A DNA stretch of 62,906 nucleotides, counting the filler, from Thraustochytrium aureum (Eukaryota), in NCBI GenBank assembly GCA_012862495.1. It is 5 parts of 4 records of this genome, joined end to end, with 100 filler letters (N's around TTAATTAATTAA, not from the genome) between each part and the next. Parts side by side here need not be neighbours in the genome. Positions count along the whole stretch, not along the records: positions 1 to 17,975 come from BLSG01000273.1; positions 18,076 to 34,693 come from BLSG01000274.1; 3 more parts are not named here. The stretch is one strand, 5' to 3'. A program made the translations under genes and the position numbers. Position 1 is the first letter of the stretch; each line of letters opens with the position of its first letter. This document shows, in pieces, positions 11,158 through 22,956 of this stretch. The notes under the pieces were generated by a model. That model made no database searches. It saw nothing but the letters and a program-made list of their open reading frames with translations, and was not told the DNA's origin.

Positions 11158-12121
11158 CTAGACCTCGCAGTCGCGCCGGTCCGACCGGCCCTGGGGCACG
11201 TCCCCTGGCAACCCGTTTGCTTTGTCAGTCCAAGCCCAGACTCGCCACAAGGTACGGTCAAGGTCCTCGAACGGCTCGCGGCCGTGCCACATCCTATAGT
11301 TGTCGACACAGAGAACCTGGAGCGCCTCGAGGTGGAAGCGCGCCGCGCTAGCCTGGGCAGAGCGCATACGCTCTGCATGCGCGCGGATCATCTGCTCGGC
11401 CGCAGCCTTCGTCGTTTGGCTCGGCCGTCTCGACAGGCCGAACACGTTCCAACGGGTCGCTCTCAAAAACGTTCGGACAGTGGGCCAGGATGCGCCCACT
11501 TGGGCAGCGCACCACTAGCGGGCCAGTGTGCTCACCGCGGCCAACAGCAGTCACCGAGTAGTAGACCTGCTCGACAGAAATGCTCTCCAGGGCTGTGCGG
11601 TCGCCTTCGGGCAACGCAGCTGCAAGCGCGGCCCCATCAACGACAAAGTTGGCCCCGCCGCCAGCAGCGCACGGCCTTTCGCAGAGCAAGAAGATAAAGT
11701 CGGGGGCCTCGTTTCCGTATGCCTTGGCCCCATCCACGTGCAGAGGGTCCAGCGCCTGGTTGGTTGTCTTGGATTTGTTGCCCCCCTCGGCCCCGTGCTT
11801 GACGTGACGCTGGCCTGCTAGCTGCTGGCCTGCGCCAAAGGTCACCGCCCGTACGGCCCCGTCCTCTGCGCGGGCCATCTTGATCTGCGTTGGGGCCAGG
11901 CTGGCCAGGCAGCCTTCCAGGAGCTCCCAGGGCAGGTCCTTGGCAACTCGCTGACACGCCGACCCCATGCCGAGCGCGGACTCGCTTTCGCCATCCTGCG
12001 GCACTTGCGTACCAAGACGCGCGCGCACCAGCTCGCTGCAGTCGAACACGGCGGCGCCGTCGCGCGCGAGGGCGGCGCGAAAGCCCTCGACGTCCTTGTG
12101 AACCGCTGGGGCTGCCGACAT
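11158..12121 (-). CDS. TauD/TfdA-family Fe(II)/2-oxoglutarate dioxygenase; one frameshift near 11407
   Basis: LHVDG (HxD), PDFIFLLCERPCAAGGGANFVVDG, then in the next frame VDNYRMWHGREPF…RTLWRVW (distal His and Arg). Confidence 0.75.
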
Positions 12122-12381
12122 GGCCGGCGAGTCTGGTGGCGGCGCGGCACGAGTCTGTCGTTTTGGGCGTTTTCGTCTTGGCGTCAACTTCAACTTGCTC
12201 GGACGCTTTGCCTGTCCTCGCAGGGCCACCAGGCGCCACCGACAGCAGGGAAATAGGTAGGGATACGCGAAGAAAGCGACGCGGCGAGGCCGCGGCTTGC
12301 GCCTGCACAGGCCACCGCGCTGCAAGTTGAGCAAATAGCTAGAGTTGGGTGAGCTTGGCGCCTTGGCTCCGAGCAAGGCAA

Positions 12382-12421
12382 ACGCGGGCTCCCCGTTAGC
12401 GACGCGGGCTCCCCGTTAGCG
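12382..12421. repeat. Perfect 20-bp direct duplication ACGCGGGCTCCCCGTTAGCG x2, overlapping the hydratase stop codon
   Basis: Directly visible. Confidence 0.85.
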
Positions 12422-13214
12422 GTGGCCCTTCTCGGCCCAGTGCTGCCCGCTCGCAAAGGCCCACCTGTCGCGATAAACGGAGAACGGCAAGTAGCCCGCG
12501 TCCTCGGGCGAGTTGGTGAGGTCGAGGCCGAGCGAACCCCAGCCCGCGAACTCGGCGCGGACGCGGACCGGCAGCGCTCCTGGAGGCAGCACAAACATCC
12601 CGTTGGCCGCGCCAGAGGTGATGAAATCCCCCTTGACGATCTCGCGCCGGTCCGTGCGGTTGGCAAACCAAGCGAGACTCTCCAACGGATGGCCCAGCAC
12701 CTGCGCGCCGTCCCCACGCGCGACTTGGACGTCGTCCACAAAAGTCGTGACTGCCACCTCTGGGGCGCTCTGGCACTCGAAATCAAAGGGCGAGCGCCAC
12801 AGCTCCTTGCAGGCCACCAATAGCATACCGTTTCCGCCGCCGTCGGCGATGCTGAGCGGGGTCCCAGCCGGCTCTGCAAACCGCGATGCCGTGATTTCTA
12901 TGCACGGCATGCAAAACGCGGCAGCGGCGGCCACGTCAGCCTGCGAGTACGGCTCCTCGCCGGGGGCGCGCACCGGCAGGGACGAGCGCATCAGAAAGCC
13001 CCACTCTGCCTCGATACCGCGGATGTGCATCTTGGGCAGCGTGGTTGCCGTTTCCGACGTCGAGCTGCCCACGTATACGAGCGTGGAGGCATTGTAGATC
13101 TCCGCGAAGAAGGGTTCCTCCAGGCCCATGCGCTGCTTGACTGCCGCCGATGTCGCGCCAATCTTGAACCCGGCGCTGGCCCAGCCGGCCCGCGTTTCCA
13201 GCGCCTCGGTGGTC
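12416..13214 (-). CDS. 2-keto-4-pentenoate hydratase-like protein (MhpD/FAH superfamily); 5' end in gap
   Basis: GFKIGATSAAVKQRMGLEEPFF, IEAEWGF, PCIEITASRF, SIADGGGNG, GAQVLGHPLESLAWFAN, GDFITSG, VRAEFAGWG. Confidence 0.8.
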
Positions 13215-13560
13215 NNNNNNNNNNNNNNNNNNNNNNNNNNNNNNNNNNNNNNNNNNNNNNNNNNNNNNNNNNNNNNNNNNNNNNNNNNNNNNNNNNNNNN
13301 NNNNNNNNNNNNNNNNNNNNNNNNNNNNNNNNNNNNNNNNNNNNNNNNNNNNNNNNNNNNNNNNNNNNNNNNNNNNNNNNNNNNNNNNNNNNNNNNNNNN
13401 NNNNNNNNNNNNNNNNNNNNNNNNNNNNNNNNNNNNNNNNNNNNNNNNNNNNNNNNNNNNNNNNNNNNNNNNNNNNNNNNNNNNNNNGGCAGCGCTCGCG
13501 AGAGCTTGTTCTGCATACACAGGGGCCTGGGCGCGCGGCCGGCCTCGGCAGACCGCGACG

Positions 13561-16500
13561 ATGAGCCTGCAGCTCCTGGAGGACAGCAGCCTGTGCGGAC
13601 GCACGCTCTTGCGGCTCGTCGCGAGGGGCTCGGCGATCGTAGCTGAGCTGCTCAGGCTGAGCGAGCACGTCCCGGCGGCCTTTGCTGGGCGCGCCACAAC
13701 CGCGGCCGCCCCATCGACTGGCGCCGCGGGCGAATGCGAGACGGAGGCTGCCCGGCGCGTGGACCGCGTGCTGTTTGACTTTACCTATCTCAAGATGCCC
13801 GACAAGTTTGAGGCGCGGATCAACGCGGACGCTGACCTCGTGGACGCCGACCTTCGCACCCAAGCGACCCACCTGCCGCTCCTGCAGAGGTTTTATGACA
13901 TGTTTGAGTCCATCTACAGGTACGCGAGCGACTACATCCGGTTCGTCAAAGACCTGCTGGCCGGGTTTTACATCCAGCACTCTGTGGAGCAACTCTTGCA
14001 AGACCGCGACGGTCTGCAGCTCCTCGCGGAAGCGCTCTACCTCTACGGCGTCATGTTGCTGCTCATGGAGCGCCGCATCCCGGGCCCGTCCCGAGAAAAG
14101 CTAATCGTGGCCCTGTTGCGCGCCAAGGGCGAGTCTGCGCTGGCCAACTTTGACCACGTCGCTGCGCTGTGTCGAAGCGCCGCTAGTGGACCGCGCGGCA
14201 GGGAGGACCTCTTCTCTCGCCTGCGCGTGGACCGCGACACGACCAAGATGCTGCTCGGCAAGCTACTGACCGAGGACGTGCTGGGGTTTGGCCGCGCGTT
14301 CCCGCACCCGGACCACCGTAGCACCGCGCTCGGCTTGCAAGCGGGCATGCTGGTCGTGCTACTCAACTTTGAGCCCGAGCTGCTTCGGGCGAAGAAGCCT
14401 GCAATGCGGGAGATCTGCGACCGGTTCTTCCACGACAACTGGGTCGTGCCAATCTACCTCGGCTTTCTCGTGGACTTGGCCGACGAGTGGGCCGAGCTCC
14501 CCGCCGCTCGAGACGCTCTCGCGGAGACGCTTCAGAGGTCGAACGTGAGCGAGCTCGAGACCTCGCACGCGGCGCGCTTCCGGCGCGCCGCAACCGCCGT
14601 GCAGCGGTATCTCACCCGGGGGCTGCTCACGGACACGTTCGTTCTGGGCAACGCCGACGAGCTTCTTCGCGTCATCCGCGATGCCAACTCGACCCTGCGC
14701 TGGCTGATGCTGCACCGCACGGGCGAGCGCGAAGACCTGCGTCAGACCACCGTGGGCAGCGCCGAGATCGTAGAGGTGATGCTCGCTACTGCGCAGCTGG
14801 AGCTGGAGCTCAAGACGCGACTCAAACNNNNNNNNNNNNNNNNNNNNNNNNNNNNNNNNNNNNNNNNNNNNNNNNNNNNNNNNNNNNNNNNNNNNNNNNN
14901 NNNNNNNNNNNNNNNNNNNNNNNNNNNNNNNNNNNNNNNNNNNNNNNNNNNNNNNNNNNNNNNNNNNNNNNNNNNNNNNNNNNNNNNNNNNNNNNNNNNN
15001 NNNNNNNNNNNNNNNNNNNNNNNNNNNNNNNNNNNNNNNNNNNNNNNNNNNNNNNNNNNNNNNNNNNNNNNNNNNNNNNNNNNNNNNNNNNNNNNNNNNN
15101 NNNNNNNNNNNNNNNNNNNNNNNNNNNNNNNNNNNNNNNNNNNNNNNNNNNNNNNNNNNNNNNNNNNNNNNNNNNNNNNNNNNNNNNNNNNNNNNNNNNN
15201 NNNNNNNNNNNNNNNNNNNNNNNNNNNNNNNNNNNNNNNNNNNNNNNNNNNNNNNNNNNNNNNNNNNNNNNNNNNNNNNNNNNNNNNNNNNNNNNNNNNN
15301 NNNNNNNNNNNNNNNNNNNNNNNNNNNNNNNNNNNNNNNNNNNNNNNNNNNNNNNNNNNNNNNNNNNNNNNNNNNNNNNNNNNNNNNNNNNNNNNNNNNN
15401 NNNNNNNNNNNNNNNNNNNNNNNNNNNNNNNNNNNNNNNNNNNNNNNNNNNNNNNNNNNNNNNNNNNNNNNNNNNNNNNNNNNNNNNNNNNNNNNNNNNN
15501 NNNNNNNNNNNNNNNNNNNNNNNNNNNNNNNNNNNNNNNNNNNNNNNNNNNNNNNNNNNNNNNNNNNNNNNNNNNNNNNNNNNNNNNNNNNNNNNNNNNN
15601 NNNNNNNNNNNNNNNNNNNNNNNNNNNNNNNNNNNNNNNNNNNNNNNNNNNNNNNNNNNNNNNNNNNNNNNNNNNNNNNNNNNNNNNNNNNNNNNNNNNN
15701 NNNNNNNNNNNNNNNNNNNNNNNNNNNNNNNNNNNNNNNNNNNNNNNNNNNNNNNNNNNNNNNCGTTCGAGTATGTGCAGGACTACGTCGGCATCAACGG
15801 GCTGAAAATGTGGACTGCAGAGTATGCCCGCATCATGGCCTTTTACGCAGATCATGATTGCGCCGCATACCTGCCGCCCAGCGCTGCGAGTGAGGTGCGT
15901 GAGCGGCACCAGTCGGCGGCGTTTCCGATCCCGCCGCCAGCGCCTCTCGAGGAGGCGGCAAGCTCGTCTGCGATGTCCACGTCTTGTATTGGCCGCCTCG
16001 AGGCGGCACTGCTGCGGGCCACGGTCGGCACGGTTTATAGCCCAGAGTGGGCAGGGTGGTTTTCCCGCGATGGCCACGATGTAGTTGGACCGGACGTCAT
16101 GGCGGCACTTTCGCAGGCGGTCGGGCTGCAGGGCCTCTGCGCGCTCGACCGCTTGCTTTCAAACCGGATCGCGCAGCAAGTGCAGCTGGCGCTTGAGACA
16201 TATGCGCGTGTGGTGGCGCCAGCAGATGATGTGGAGGTCGGGGCGGCGGCGAGGCTCGACGAATTGCTGCACCAAGTGAACGGCGACTTGACTGGCCGCG
16301 TCCTGCCCGCCCAGGCCGCCTTGGCGGCGGCGCATGCGCAACTGGCAAAAAGCCATGCACGCACACGGATTGGGCACGTGATGCCCGCCCTCGTGCGGGT
16401 TGGGCAGGCTCAGCTCTTGCGGCGCAAGATGCGACACGAAGTCGAGTTTGCCGCGCACACTCGGTCGGGTCTATTGCACGCGGCAGCGGGGGCTTGCAGC

Positions 16501-17076
16501 GCCGCCGAAGTGGTTCTCCTCAAGCGCGAGGTGCTCGCAACGGGAGCTCCGGCGCGGCTTACTGCGGCCGCCTCGGCAACGCTCGAGCTCAGCAGCGCGG
16601 CGGGGCTTTTGGAGACGTTCGACAAGCAATTCGTGCCGCCCCCGGCCTCGACCGCGTTGTTGCCCGAACTTCTCGTCGTCGTGGTAGCTTGGGCGCTCCC
16701 CAAGCTCACGTACGAGGCCTCGCTCGGGACTCTGGCCAGGAACGTGAAAACCGCGTCGTCGGCTGACGCGGCGCTGTTGGACGGCGCCCCGCTCGCTGCT
16801 GGCCTCGCGACGTTGGTTCGCCAGTGCCACCCGGCGGTCCGCGAGCGTTTTGCGGGGGTTTTCGCGGCGCTCGTTCGCGCGGCGCTCCTCGAGGGGTTTG
16901 GCGGAATCGGCAGCAAGGCGCGCACGCGGGAGGCCGAGGACATCGCTTTAGCGGCCCACTGGCTCTTTCGCTCGTACGCGGGTTTCGCTGGGATGGACAG
17001 CTCGGCGCGCGAGGAGCTCGTGCCCTCCGCCCTCGTCCATGGCCTGGATATTCAGCGGAGTGCACGGGAGGAGTGA
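13561..17076 (+). CDS. WASHC5: WASH complex subunit 5 (strumpellin); internal assembly gap
   Basis: CGRTLLRLVARGSAIVAELLRLS, GLQLLAEALYLYGVMLL, FPHPDHRSTAL..QAGML, MREICDRFFHDNWV, FEYVQDYVGINGLKMW. Confidence 0.9.
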   Translation: MSLQLLEDSSLCGRTLLRLVARGSAIVAELLRLSEHVPAAFAGRATTAAAPSTGAAGECETEAARRVDRVLFDFTYLKMPDKFEARINADADLVDADLRTQATHLPLLQRFYDMFESIYRYASDYIRFVKDLLAGFYIQHSVEQLLQDRDGLQLLAEALYLYGVMLLLMERRIPGPSREKLIVALLRAKGESALANFDHVAALCRSAASGPRGREDLFSRLRVDRDTTKMLLGKLLTEDVLGFGRAFPHPDHRSTALGLQAGMLVVLLNFEPELLRAKKPAMREICDRFFHDNWVVPIYLGFLVDLADEWAELPAARDALAETLQRSNVSELETSHAARFRRAATAVQRYLTRGLLTDTFVLGNADELLRVIRDANSTLRWLMLHRTGEREDLRQTTVGSAEIVEVMLATAQLELELKTRLKXXXXXXXXXXXXXXXXXXXXXXXXXXXXXXXXXXXXXXXXXXXXXXXXXXXXXXXXXXXXXXXXXXXXXXXXXXXXXXXXXXXXXXXXXXXXXXXXXXXXXXXXXXXXXXXXXXXXXXXXXXXXXXXXXXXXXXXXXXXXXXXXXXXXXXXXXXXXXXXXXXXXXXXXXXXXXXXXXXXXXXXXXXXXXXXXXXXXXXXXXXXXXXXXXXXXXXXXXXXXXXXXXXXXXXXXXXXXXXXXXXXXXXXXXXXXXXXXXXXXXXXXXXXXXXXXXXXXXXXXXXXXXXXXXXXXXXXXXXXXXXXXXXXXXXXXXFEYVQDYVGINGLKMWTAEYARIMAFYADHDCAAYLPPSAASEVRERHQSAAFPIPPPAPLEEAASSSAMSTSCIGRLEAALLRATVGTVYSPEWAGWFSRDGHDVVGPDVMAALSQAVGLQGLCALDRLLSNRIAQQVQLALETYARVVAPADDVEVGAAARLDELLHQVNGDLTGRVLPAQAALAAAHAQLAKSHARTRIGHVMPALVRVGQAQLLRRKMRHEVEFAAHTRSGLLHAAAGACSAAEVVLLKREVLATGAPARLTAAASATLELSSAAGLLETFDKQFVPPPASTALLPELLVVVVAWALPKLTYEASLGTLARNVKTASSADAALLDGAPLAAGLATLVRQCHPAVRERFAGVFAALVRAALLEGFGGIGSKARTREAEDIALAAHWLFRSYAGFAGMDSSAREELVPSALVHGLDIQRSAREE

Positions 17077-17219
17077 CTGGGTCTCCTGTGCCGATCGGGC
17101 AAGTCAAGGGTGAAGGGATTCCCTCGCCGTGCTTTTTGATTAAACAAAACGCTAAACATGGGAGACTGACTGCTCGAACTTGGACGCGCTGCTGGCACCT
17201 CGTCAGGCAGAGCCGCAAC

Positions 17220-17738
17220 TCACGGCGGCACCTCGGGGAGCGTATCGGAACCCGGGTACTCGGTGAACTTGGGCAAGCCATCAACGACGGGCCGAACGGC
17301 AGAACCGTAAAAGATGTGCCCAACCGGCTCAACCTTGGCGTAGTCGATGATCTTGCCTTGCTCGTCTCGGTCCAGAATGCCGGCCGGCAGGTCGCGAAAC
17401 TCAAAGTTCTCGATGAGGCTCTCGCTGAACACGGGCGACGAGCAAACCGAGCAGCTGTACCGGCACATCGACTCGGACGACTTGATCGCCACGAGCTTGT
17501 CCTGCCCCTTGACGCACACCAACTCGGCCGTCTCGAACCCGACGTAGTGCACGTACGGCGCGCCGGACAGGCGCTGGCAGATCGTGCAGTGGCACAGCGC
17601 CGTGAACATGGGCTTCCCGCCGGGCGCATTGATCTCCACGCGGCACGCGCCGCAGAAGCAGCCTCCCTTGAGCTCGAGCGCCGTCGGAGTCGCGCCATCC
17701 GCGCCGCCTCCCGCTTGGTCAACCGCCGCCTCCACCAT
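17220..17738 (-). CDS. GFA/CENP-V (Mss4-like) zinc-binding protein
   Basis: GGCFCGAC, CHCTICQRLSG, RYSCSVCSSP, HIFYGS…DGLPKF. Confidence 0.85.
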   Translation of the reverse strand: MVEAAVDQAGGGADGATPTALELKGGCFCGACRVEINAPGGKPMFTALCHCTICQRLSGAPYVHYVGFETAELVCVKGQDKLVAIKSSESMCRYSCSVCSSPVFSESLIENFEFRDLPAGILDRDEQGKIIDYAKVEPVGHIFYGSAVRPVVDGLPKFTEYPGSDTLPEVPP

Positions 17739-18019
17739 CTCTATCGCCCCGCACACTCTCCCTTCCGCGCTCGCGCTGCTCTACAGGCCCCTCTCCCGCG
17801 CTCGCTCCCTGTCGCTGCCGGCGCCTTCACGCGTGCTCGTCGCGGCCCGTTCGGGCTCTGCCTGCCTGCCTGCCTGCCATGGCACTCCACGCGTCCTCTT
17901 CAGCCCGACCGAGGACTCTGCCGCGCTCGCCTATCACCAAGGTGAGGTTCCGCGACCCGGTTCCGCGGCCCGGTTNNNNNNNNNNNNNNNNNNNNNNNNN
18001 NNNNNNNNNNNNNNNNNNN

Positions 18020-18031
18020 TTAATTAATTAA
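18020..18031. other. Artificial scaffold linker TTAATTAATTAA within Ns
   Basis: Six-frame stop spacer flanked by equal-length N runs; repeated 4 times in the window. Confidence 0.95.
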
Positions 18032-19844
18032 NNNNNNNNNNNNNNNNNNNNNNNNNNNNNNNNNNNNNNNNNNNNGAAACTGCGCGAAACAGGGCCATTC
18101 GTTCATGGCATCATCACTCCAAACTCAAGGACTTGCCTTGCACTTCAACGAGTTGGTTGGTTTCGCGCCGGGTTCGCGCTTGCTTGCTCGCCGTGGTCGA
18201 AGTCGAAGGGTTGGCTGGCCCTGGCTCGCGACAGCGCGCGTCAGGCCGACGACCGACCACGACGAGCAGCAATTGATTGATTTCAATCAAGATTGGTTGA
18301 TTGACACAAGGATTGACAACAAATCGAACGAAGCAAGTTCAAAGGTCAAGCAACACGCGACGATGGCCGCCGACTCGGAGGGCTTGGAGCCATCCAAGTC
18401 AGGCTAACCTTGCGGCGACCTTGCCTTGACAAGCGCAGCTCGCGCCGCCAGGCCTCCGACTCGAGAATCGCAGACTTGAACTCGCGCAAGCGCAGTGAAT
18501 CAAGATCTGCGCGGAGGCCCGCCCCGCCGTCTGGCGCGTGGGGAATCATTGGATGCGGGGCGCGGGCGGATTCTGGTTAGGCTACTAGGTTAGGTCGCCT
18601 CGCGCGGCGCAGTCACCTGACCCCCCTGTGACGCTGTCTGTCGCATTTAATTAACAGGGCACGCCACGGGGTTCATCGCGCGCTGCGTAACGAGTCCGTT
18701 AATGAGACGCGAAGTGACGAAAGAGGCCGGGTGGTGTGACACCTGCGCGCTTGATACAAGCCAAAGCGCGGAACAAAGCTTGAATCAGGCAAAAGCGCCG
18801 TGTCGCGTATTGTACAAGACGCAGGAGAACTCCTGTGCCAGAACGCCTCGAGCGCGCATGCGCGTTTTTGTGATGGCCAGATTTGTGGCGGCGGGCAGCC
18901 TGGCCAGGTCAGCGCGACGAAGCGGCGCGATTTGACTCCCAGGAGCTCGGCCCTGCTGCTAGCTGGTTCGTTGTGTCATGAAATCTGGCGGATGTCTCTG
19001 CCCGCGGCCAGGCACTCGACGTGCTTGCGGCCTTGCCGACAAGCGCATTGAACGAGTTGAGGCTCGCCGAGTTGCCGCACGTGCGTCGGCCTGCTAGAGA
19101 TAGTTGGAGATGCGAAAGCTTGGGCTTGTGCTTCACGTTGGACCGGCGGTGCGGAGCTTGCTGCCCGTCCTTTCACGGAGTGCCAGCACAAGAGCCGCCG
19201 CGAGTTTGTGCCGTTGAGCGACGCCAACATCTCACCGACTCGTCGTCACACCATGGCCACACTCTTTCATTCGCCAGGCACGCCTCTCTTTTGTGCAGAC
19301 TTACTAGTAGGAGCTGCTGTCCGCCGTTGCGGCGCTCGACTCGCACGGACAGGTGGCAGGCGGCTTGCTGGCCACCCAACAACGAACGACCCGGCAGATG
19401 GCCAGCTGGCGAAAGCTGTCGTCGTCCCCAGTCAAGAACGCTTGCGCCAAGGACAATCCGCCGTGCTTGCGCTGCGTAGCCAAGTGAACAAACAAAGGCA
19501 ACCGACCCTGCCTGCTGGCAGGTGCTAGTAGTAAACGCCGCGCTGGCACGCTTCTGCCGCTGGCCCAAGTCCGAGCTCGTGGGGCTGTCATGGCTCGGCG
19601 TTGTGCTGCGACAAAAGCCCCACGCACGGCGACCGCTTATTAGAGTCCCCAGCCGTTGATGGCAAATTTGTACCTGGGGGTGGGCACAAGGACAGGCCAT
19701 ACCTAGCAGCTCCTCGGGGTTCATTGTGCGTTTGTGGACTCTCCACAGCGGCAGATGAAATCGAGACAACCACGACACTGCAGTGCCCGAACCGCATCCG
19801 GTTGCAGCGGGCTGGCCTGCAAGGAGGGCACACGTGGTGGCGCG

Positions 19845-21709
19845 ATGTGCTTTGTCGACAAGGTCGAGCCGGCCTCGCCGAGCAGCGACTTTTACGAATG
19901 GGTCAACAACAAGTGGCTCAACGATGACACGCCCATCCCCGGCGACTACCCGCGGTGGGGCGCCTTCACCAAGCTCGACAAAGAGTCGGTCGAGAACCAG
20001 ATCACGCTCCTCAACGAGCTGTGCGAGAAAACCGGGGCCTCCGAAGACGAGCTAAAGATCACCGCTGTATGGAAGGCTTCGATGGACAGGTTTGCTGCTT
20101 GGGAAGAGGGCGACGGCGGGTCGGTGGAGGCCCTCCGTGCCGACTTGATCGCGCTGGACGAGGACCTCGGCGACCTCGAGGACGACAAGGCCTTTACGCA
20201 GGCGCTAGCCCGCCAGTTCGCTCACCACCAAGAGCAAAGCGTCGCCTACCCAATCGAGTTCTCGGTCGGGCCCAACCTGGACGACTCGAAAGACGTCGTG
20301 CTGAACATGAGCCCCGCCGGCCTTTCGCTGCCAACGCGCGGCCACTACCTGGATGACGCTTTCGCGCAGCAGCGCGGCTGGTTTCGCGCCCACCTCGACG
20401 CGGTGGCCGACCTCGTGGGCGCCGACCTGCTGGGCGACGAGTTTGCCGAGCGCGTCGTCCGCTTCGAGACCAAGCTGGCCATGATCTCGCTCGCTCCCGA
20501 CCAGGCGCGCAGCTACGACGAGTACTACTCGGTGACCACCCTCGACGCCCTCGCCAGCAAGCCCGACACGCTGCGTTCCCTCGAGCGCAAGGCCGCCAAC
20601 TACACGGCGAACAAGGTTGACGCCCAGGACCCGGACCTCGACCTGCTCACCGCCACCTCCGTCTCGGTTGCGCCTGGCTCCCCACAGCAAGCCCAGCTGA
20701 GCGCCCTCCTCGATGCGCTCTTTAGCGCCCTCCAGCTCCGAGAGACGATGACGGCCAACTGCAAAAAGCACTATGGCACCACCGAAAAGAGCCGCGCCGA
20801 GCGCGTCATGGTGCTGGACGGCGACTACTTTCGCCGTGTGACGCAGCTCCTGCTCGCGCCGCACAACCGCGACGACGTAAAGGCCTACATGATGTACCAG
20901 CGCGTCCATGCCATGAGCGAGATGTGCACCAAGGACCTGGACGAGGTCTTTTTTGACTTTTACGGTCGGCAGCTCGGCGGCCAGCAGCTCCAAAAGTCGA
21001 GCGAGAAGCGCTCTGTGGGCCTCGTCAACAAGTGGGTCGGCATGCTGCTCGGCAAGGTCTACGTCAAGCAGCACTTCAGCGAGGGCGACAAACAGCGCAT
21101 TCTCGACATGATCCGCACCGTCATGAAGGTGCTCGTGCGCGCCATCAAGGCCAACGACTGGATGACGAAATCCACCAAGCGCGCCGCCCTGAAAAAGCTC
21201 TCCACTTTCCGCCCCAAAATCGGCTACCCCGACCGCTGGCGCGACTTCTCCGCGCTGCGCTTTGACGGCGACGAGGACCTCGCGCAGCTCGGCGCCAAGG
21301 TCAAGGCCTTCGAGCACCGCGACGAGTTCCTCGACAAGATCAACACGCCCAAGGACCTCGACCGCTGGGAGATCACGCCGCAGACCGTCAACGCGTACTT
21401 TCAGCCCACCTCCAACGAGATCGTCTTTCCCGCTGCCATCCTGCAGCCCCCGTTCTACCACAAGTCGCTCGACGAGGTGGACCTCGACCTCGGTTCGGTG
21501 CCCAGGGACACGCCTGGCCTGCTCGACGCGCTCAACTTTGGCGGGATCGGGGCCGTCATTGGCCACGAGATCATCCACGGCGTGGACGACCAGGGCTCAA
21601 AGTTCGACCACGACGGCAACCTAGTCGACTGGTGGGCAGACGAGGACCGCGCGGCCTTTGACGAAAAGTGCAAGCTCATGGCGCGCCAGGCCGAACGGTA
21701 CACGTCCAC
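19845..21709 (+). CDS. M13-family zinc metallopeptidase (neprilysin/PepO-like); 3' end in gap
   Basis: DFYEWVNNKWL, IPGDYPRWGAF, KIGYPDRW, VNAYFQPTSNEIVFPAAILQPPFY, GAVIGHEIIHGVDDQG (HExxH). Confidence 0.9.
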
Positions 21710-22536
21710 NNNNNNNNNNNNNNNNNNNNNNNNNNNNNNNNNNNNNNNNNNNNNNNNNNNNNNNNNNNNNNNNNNNNNNNNNNNNNNNNNNNNNNNNNNN
21801 NNNNNNNNNNNNNNNNNNNNNNNNNNNNNNNNNNNNNNNNNNNNNNNNNNNNNNNNNNNNNNNNNNNNNNNNNNNNNNNNNNNNNNNNNNNNNNNNNNNN
21901 NNNNNNNNNNNNNNNNNNNNNNNNNNNNNNNNNNNNNNNNNNNNNNNNNNNNNNNNNNNNNNNNNNNNNNNNNNNNNNNNNNNNNNNNNNNNNNNNNNNN
22001 NNNNNNNNNNNNNNNNNNNNNNNNNNNNNNNNNNNNNNNNNNNNNNNNNNNNNNNNNNNNNNNNNNNNNNNNNNNNNNNNNNNNNNNNNNNNNNNNNNNN
22101 NNNNNNNNNNNNNNNNNNNNNNNNNNNNNNNNNNNNNNNNNNNNNNNNNNNNNNNNNNNNNNNNNNNNNNNNNNNNNNNNNNNNNNNNNNNNNNNNNNNN
22201 NNNNNNNNNNNNNNNNNNNNNNNNNNNNNNNNNNNNNNNNNNNNNNNNNNNNNNNNNNNNNNNNNNNNNNNNNNNNNNNNNNNNNNNNNNNNNNNNNNNN
22301 NNNNNNNNNNNNNNNNNNNNNNNNNNNNNNNNNNNNNNNNNNNNNNNNNNNNNNNNNNNNNNNNNNNNNNNNNNNNNNNNNNNNNNNNNNNNNNNNNNNN
22401 NNNNNNNNNNNNNNNNNNNNNNNNNNNNNNNNNNNNNNNNNNNNNNNNNNNNNNNNNNNNNNNNNNNNNNNNNNNNNNNNNNNNNNNNNNNNNNNNNNNN
22501 NNNNNNNNNNNNNNNNNNNNNNNNNNNNNNNNNNGG

Positions 22537-22920
22537 GCCCGCTTTGCGCGCAAGGCGCTCGGCGGGGGGATGCGGCAAGCCGGCGTTCTTGCGGCTTGCG
22601 GGCTCGTCTCGCTGCGAACCATGTCGAGGCGCTTGCACGAAGACCACACCACTGCCCGCGCGCTCGCCGAGGGCCTGGCCTCGCTTCCGCACATCTCCCT
22701 CGATCCCGCCAAGGTTCGGACCAACATCATGTTCTTTGACGTCGCCGAGGGCCGCGGCGGGGAGCTCTGCGAGCGCTTGGCGCGCGACCACGGCGTCCTC
22801 GTCGGCGCCTACTCTACGAAGCGAGTCCGGGCAGTGACGCACGCTGGTGTGGACGGCGGCAAGGTGGAGCAAATCCTGGACGCGTTCCGCAGCGCGCTAA
22901 AGACAGTCTTCAAGGCGTAG
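22537..22920 (+). CDS. Low-specificity L-threonine aldolase (LtaE/Gly1 family), C-terminal part; 5' end in gap
   Basis: RKALGGGMRQAGVLAA, RLHEDH..ARALAEGL, VRTNIMFF, RVRAVTH. Confidence 0.85.
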   Translation, partial: ARFARKALGGGMRQAGVLAACGLVSLRTMSRRLHEDHTTARALAEGLASLPHISLDPAKVRTNIMFFDVAEGRGGELCERLARDHGVLVGAYSTKRVRAVTHAGVDGGKVEQILDAFRSALKTVFKA

Positions 22921-22956
22921 GCGGCCACCCGACCCTTCTACTCGCCAACATTCATG

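Noticed and set aside
18076..19840. Short ORFs in the long intergenic regions here and at 48641-50770
   Set aside because: Arg/Ala-rich random-like translations with no motifs; no recognisable ncRNA, terminal repeats or transposase.
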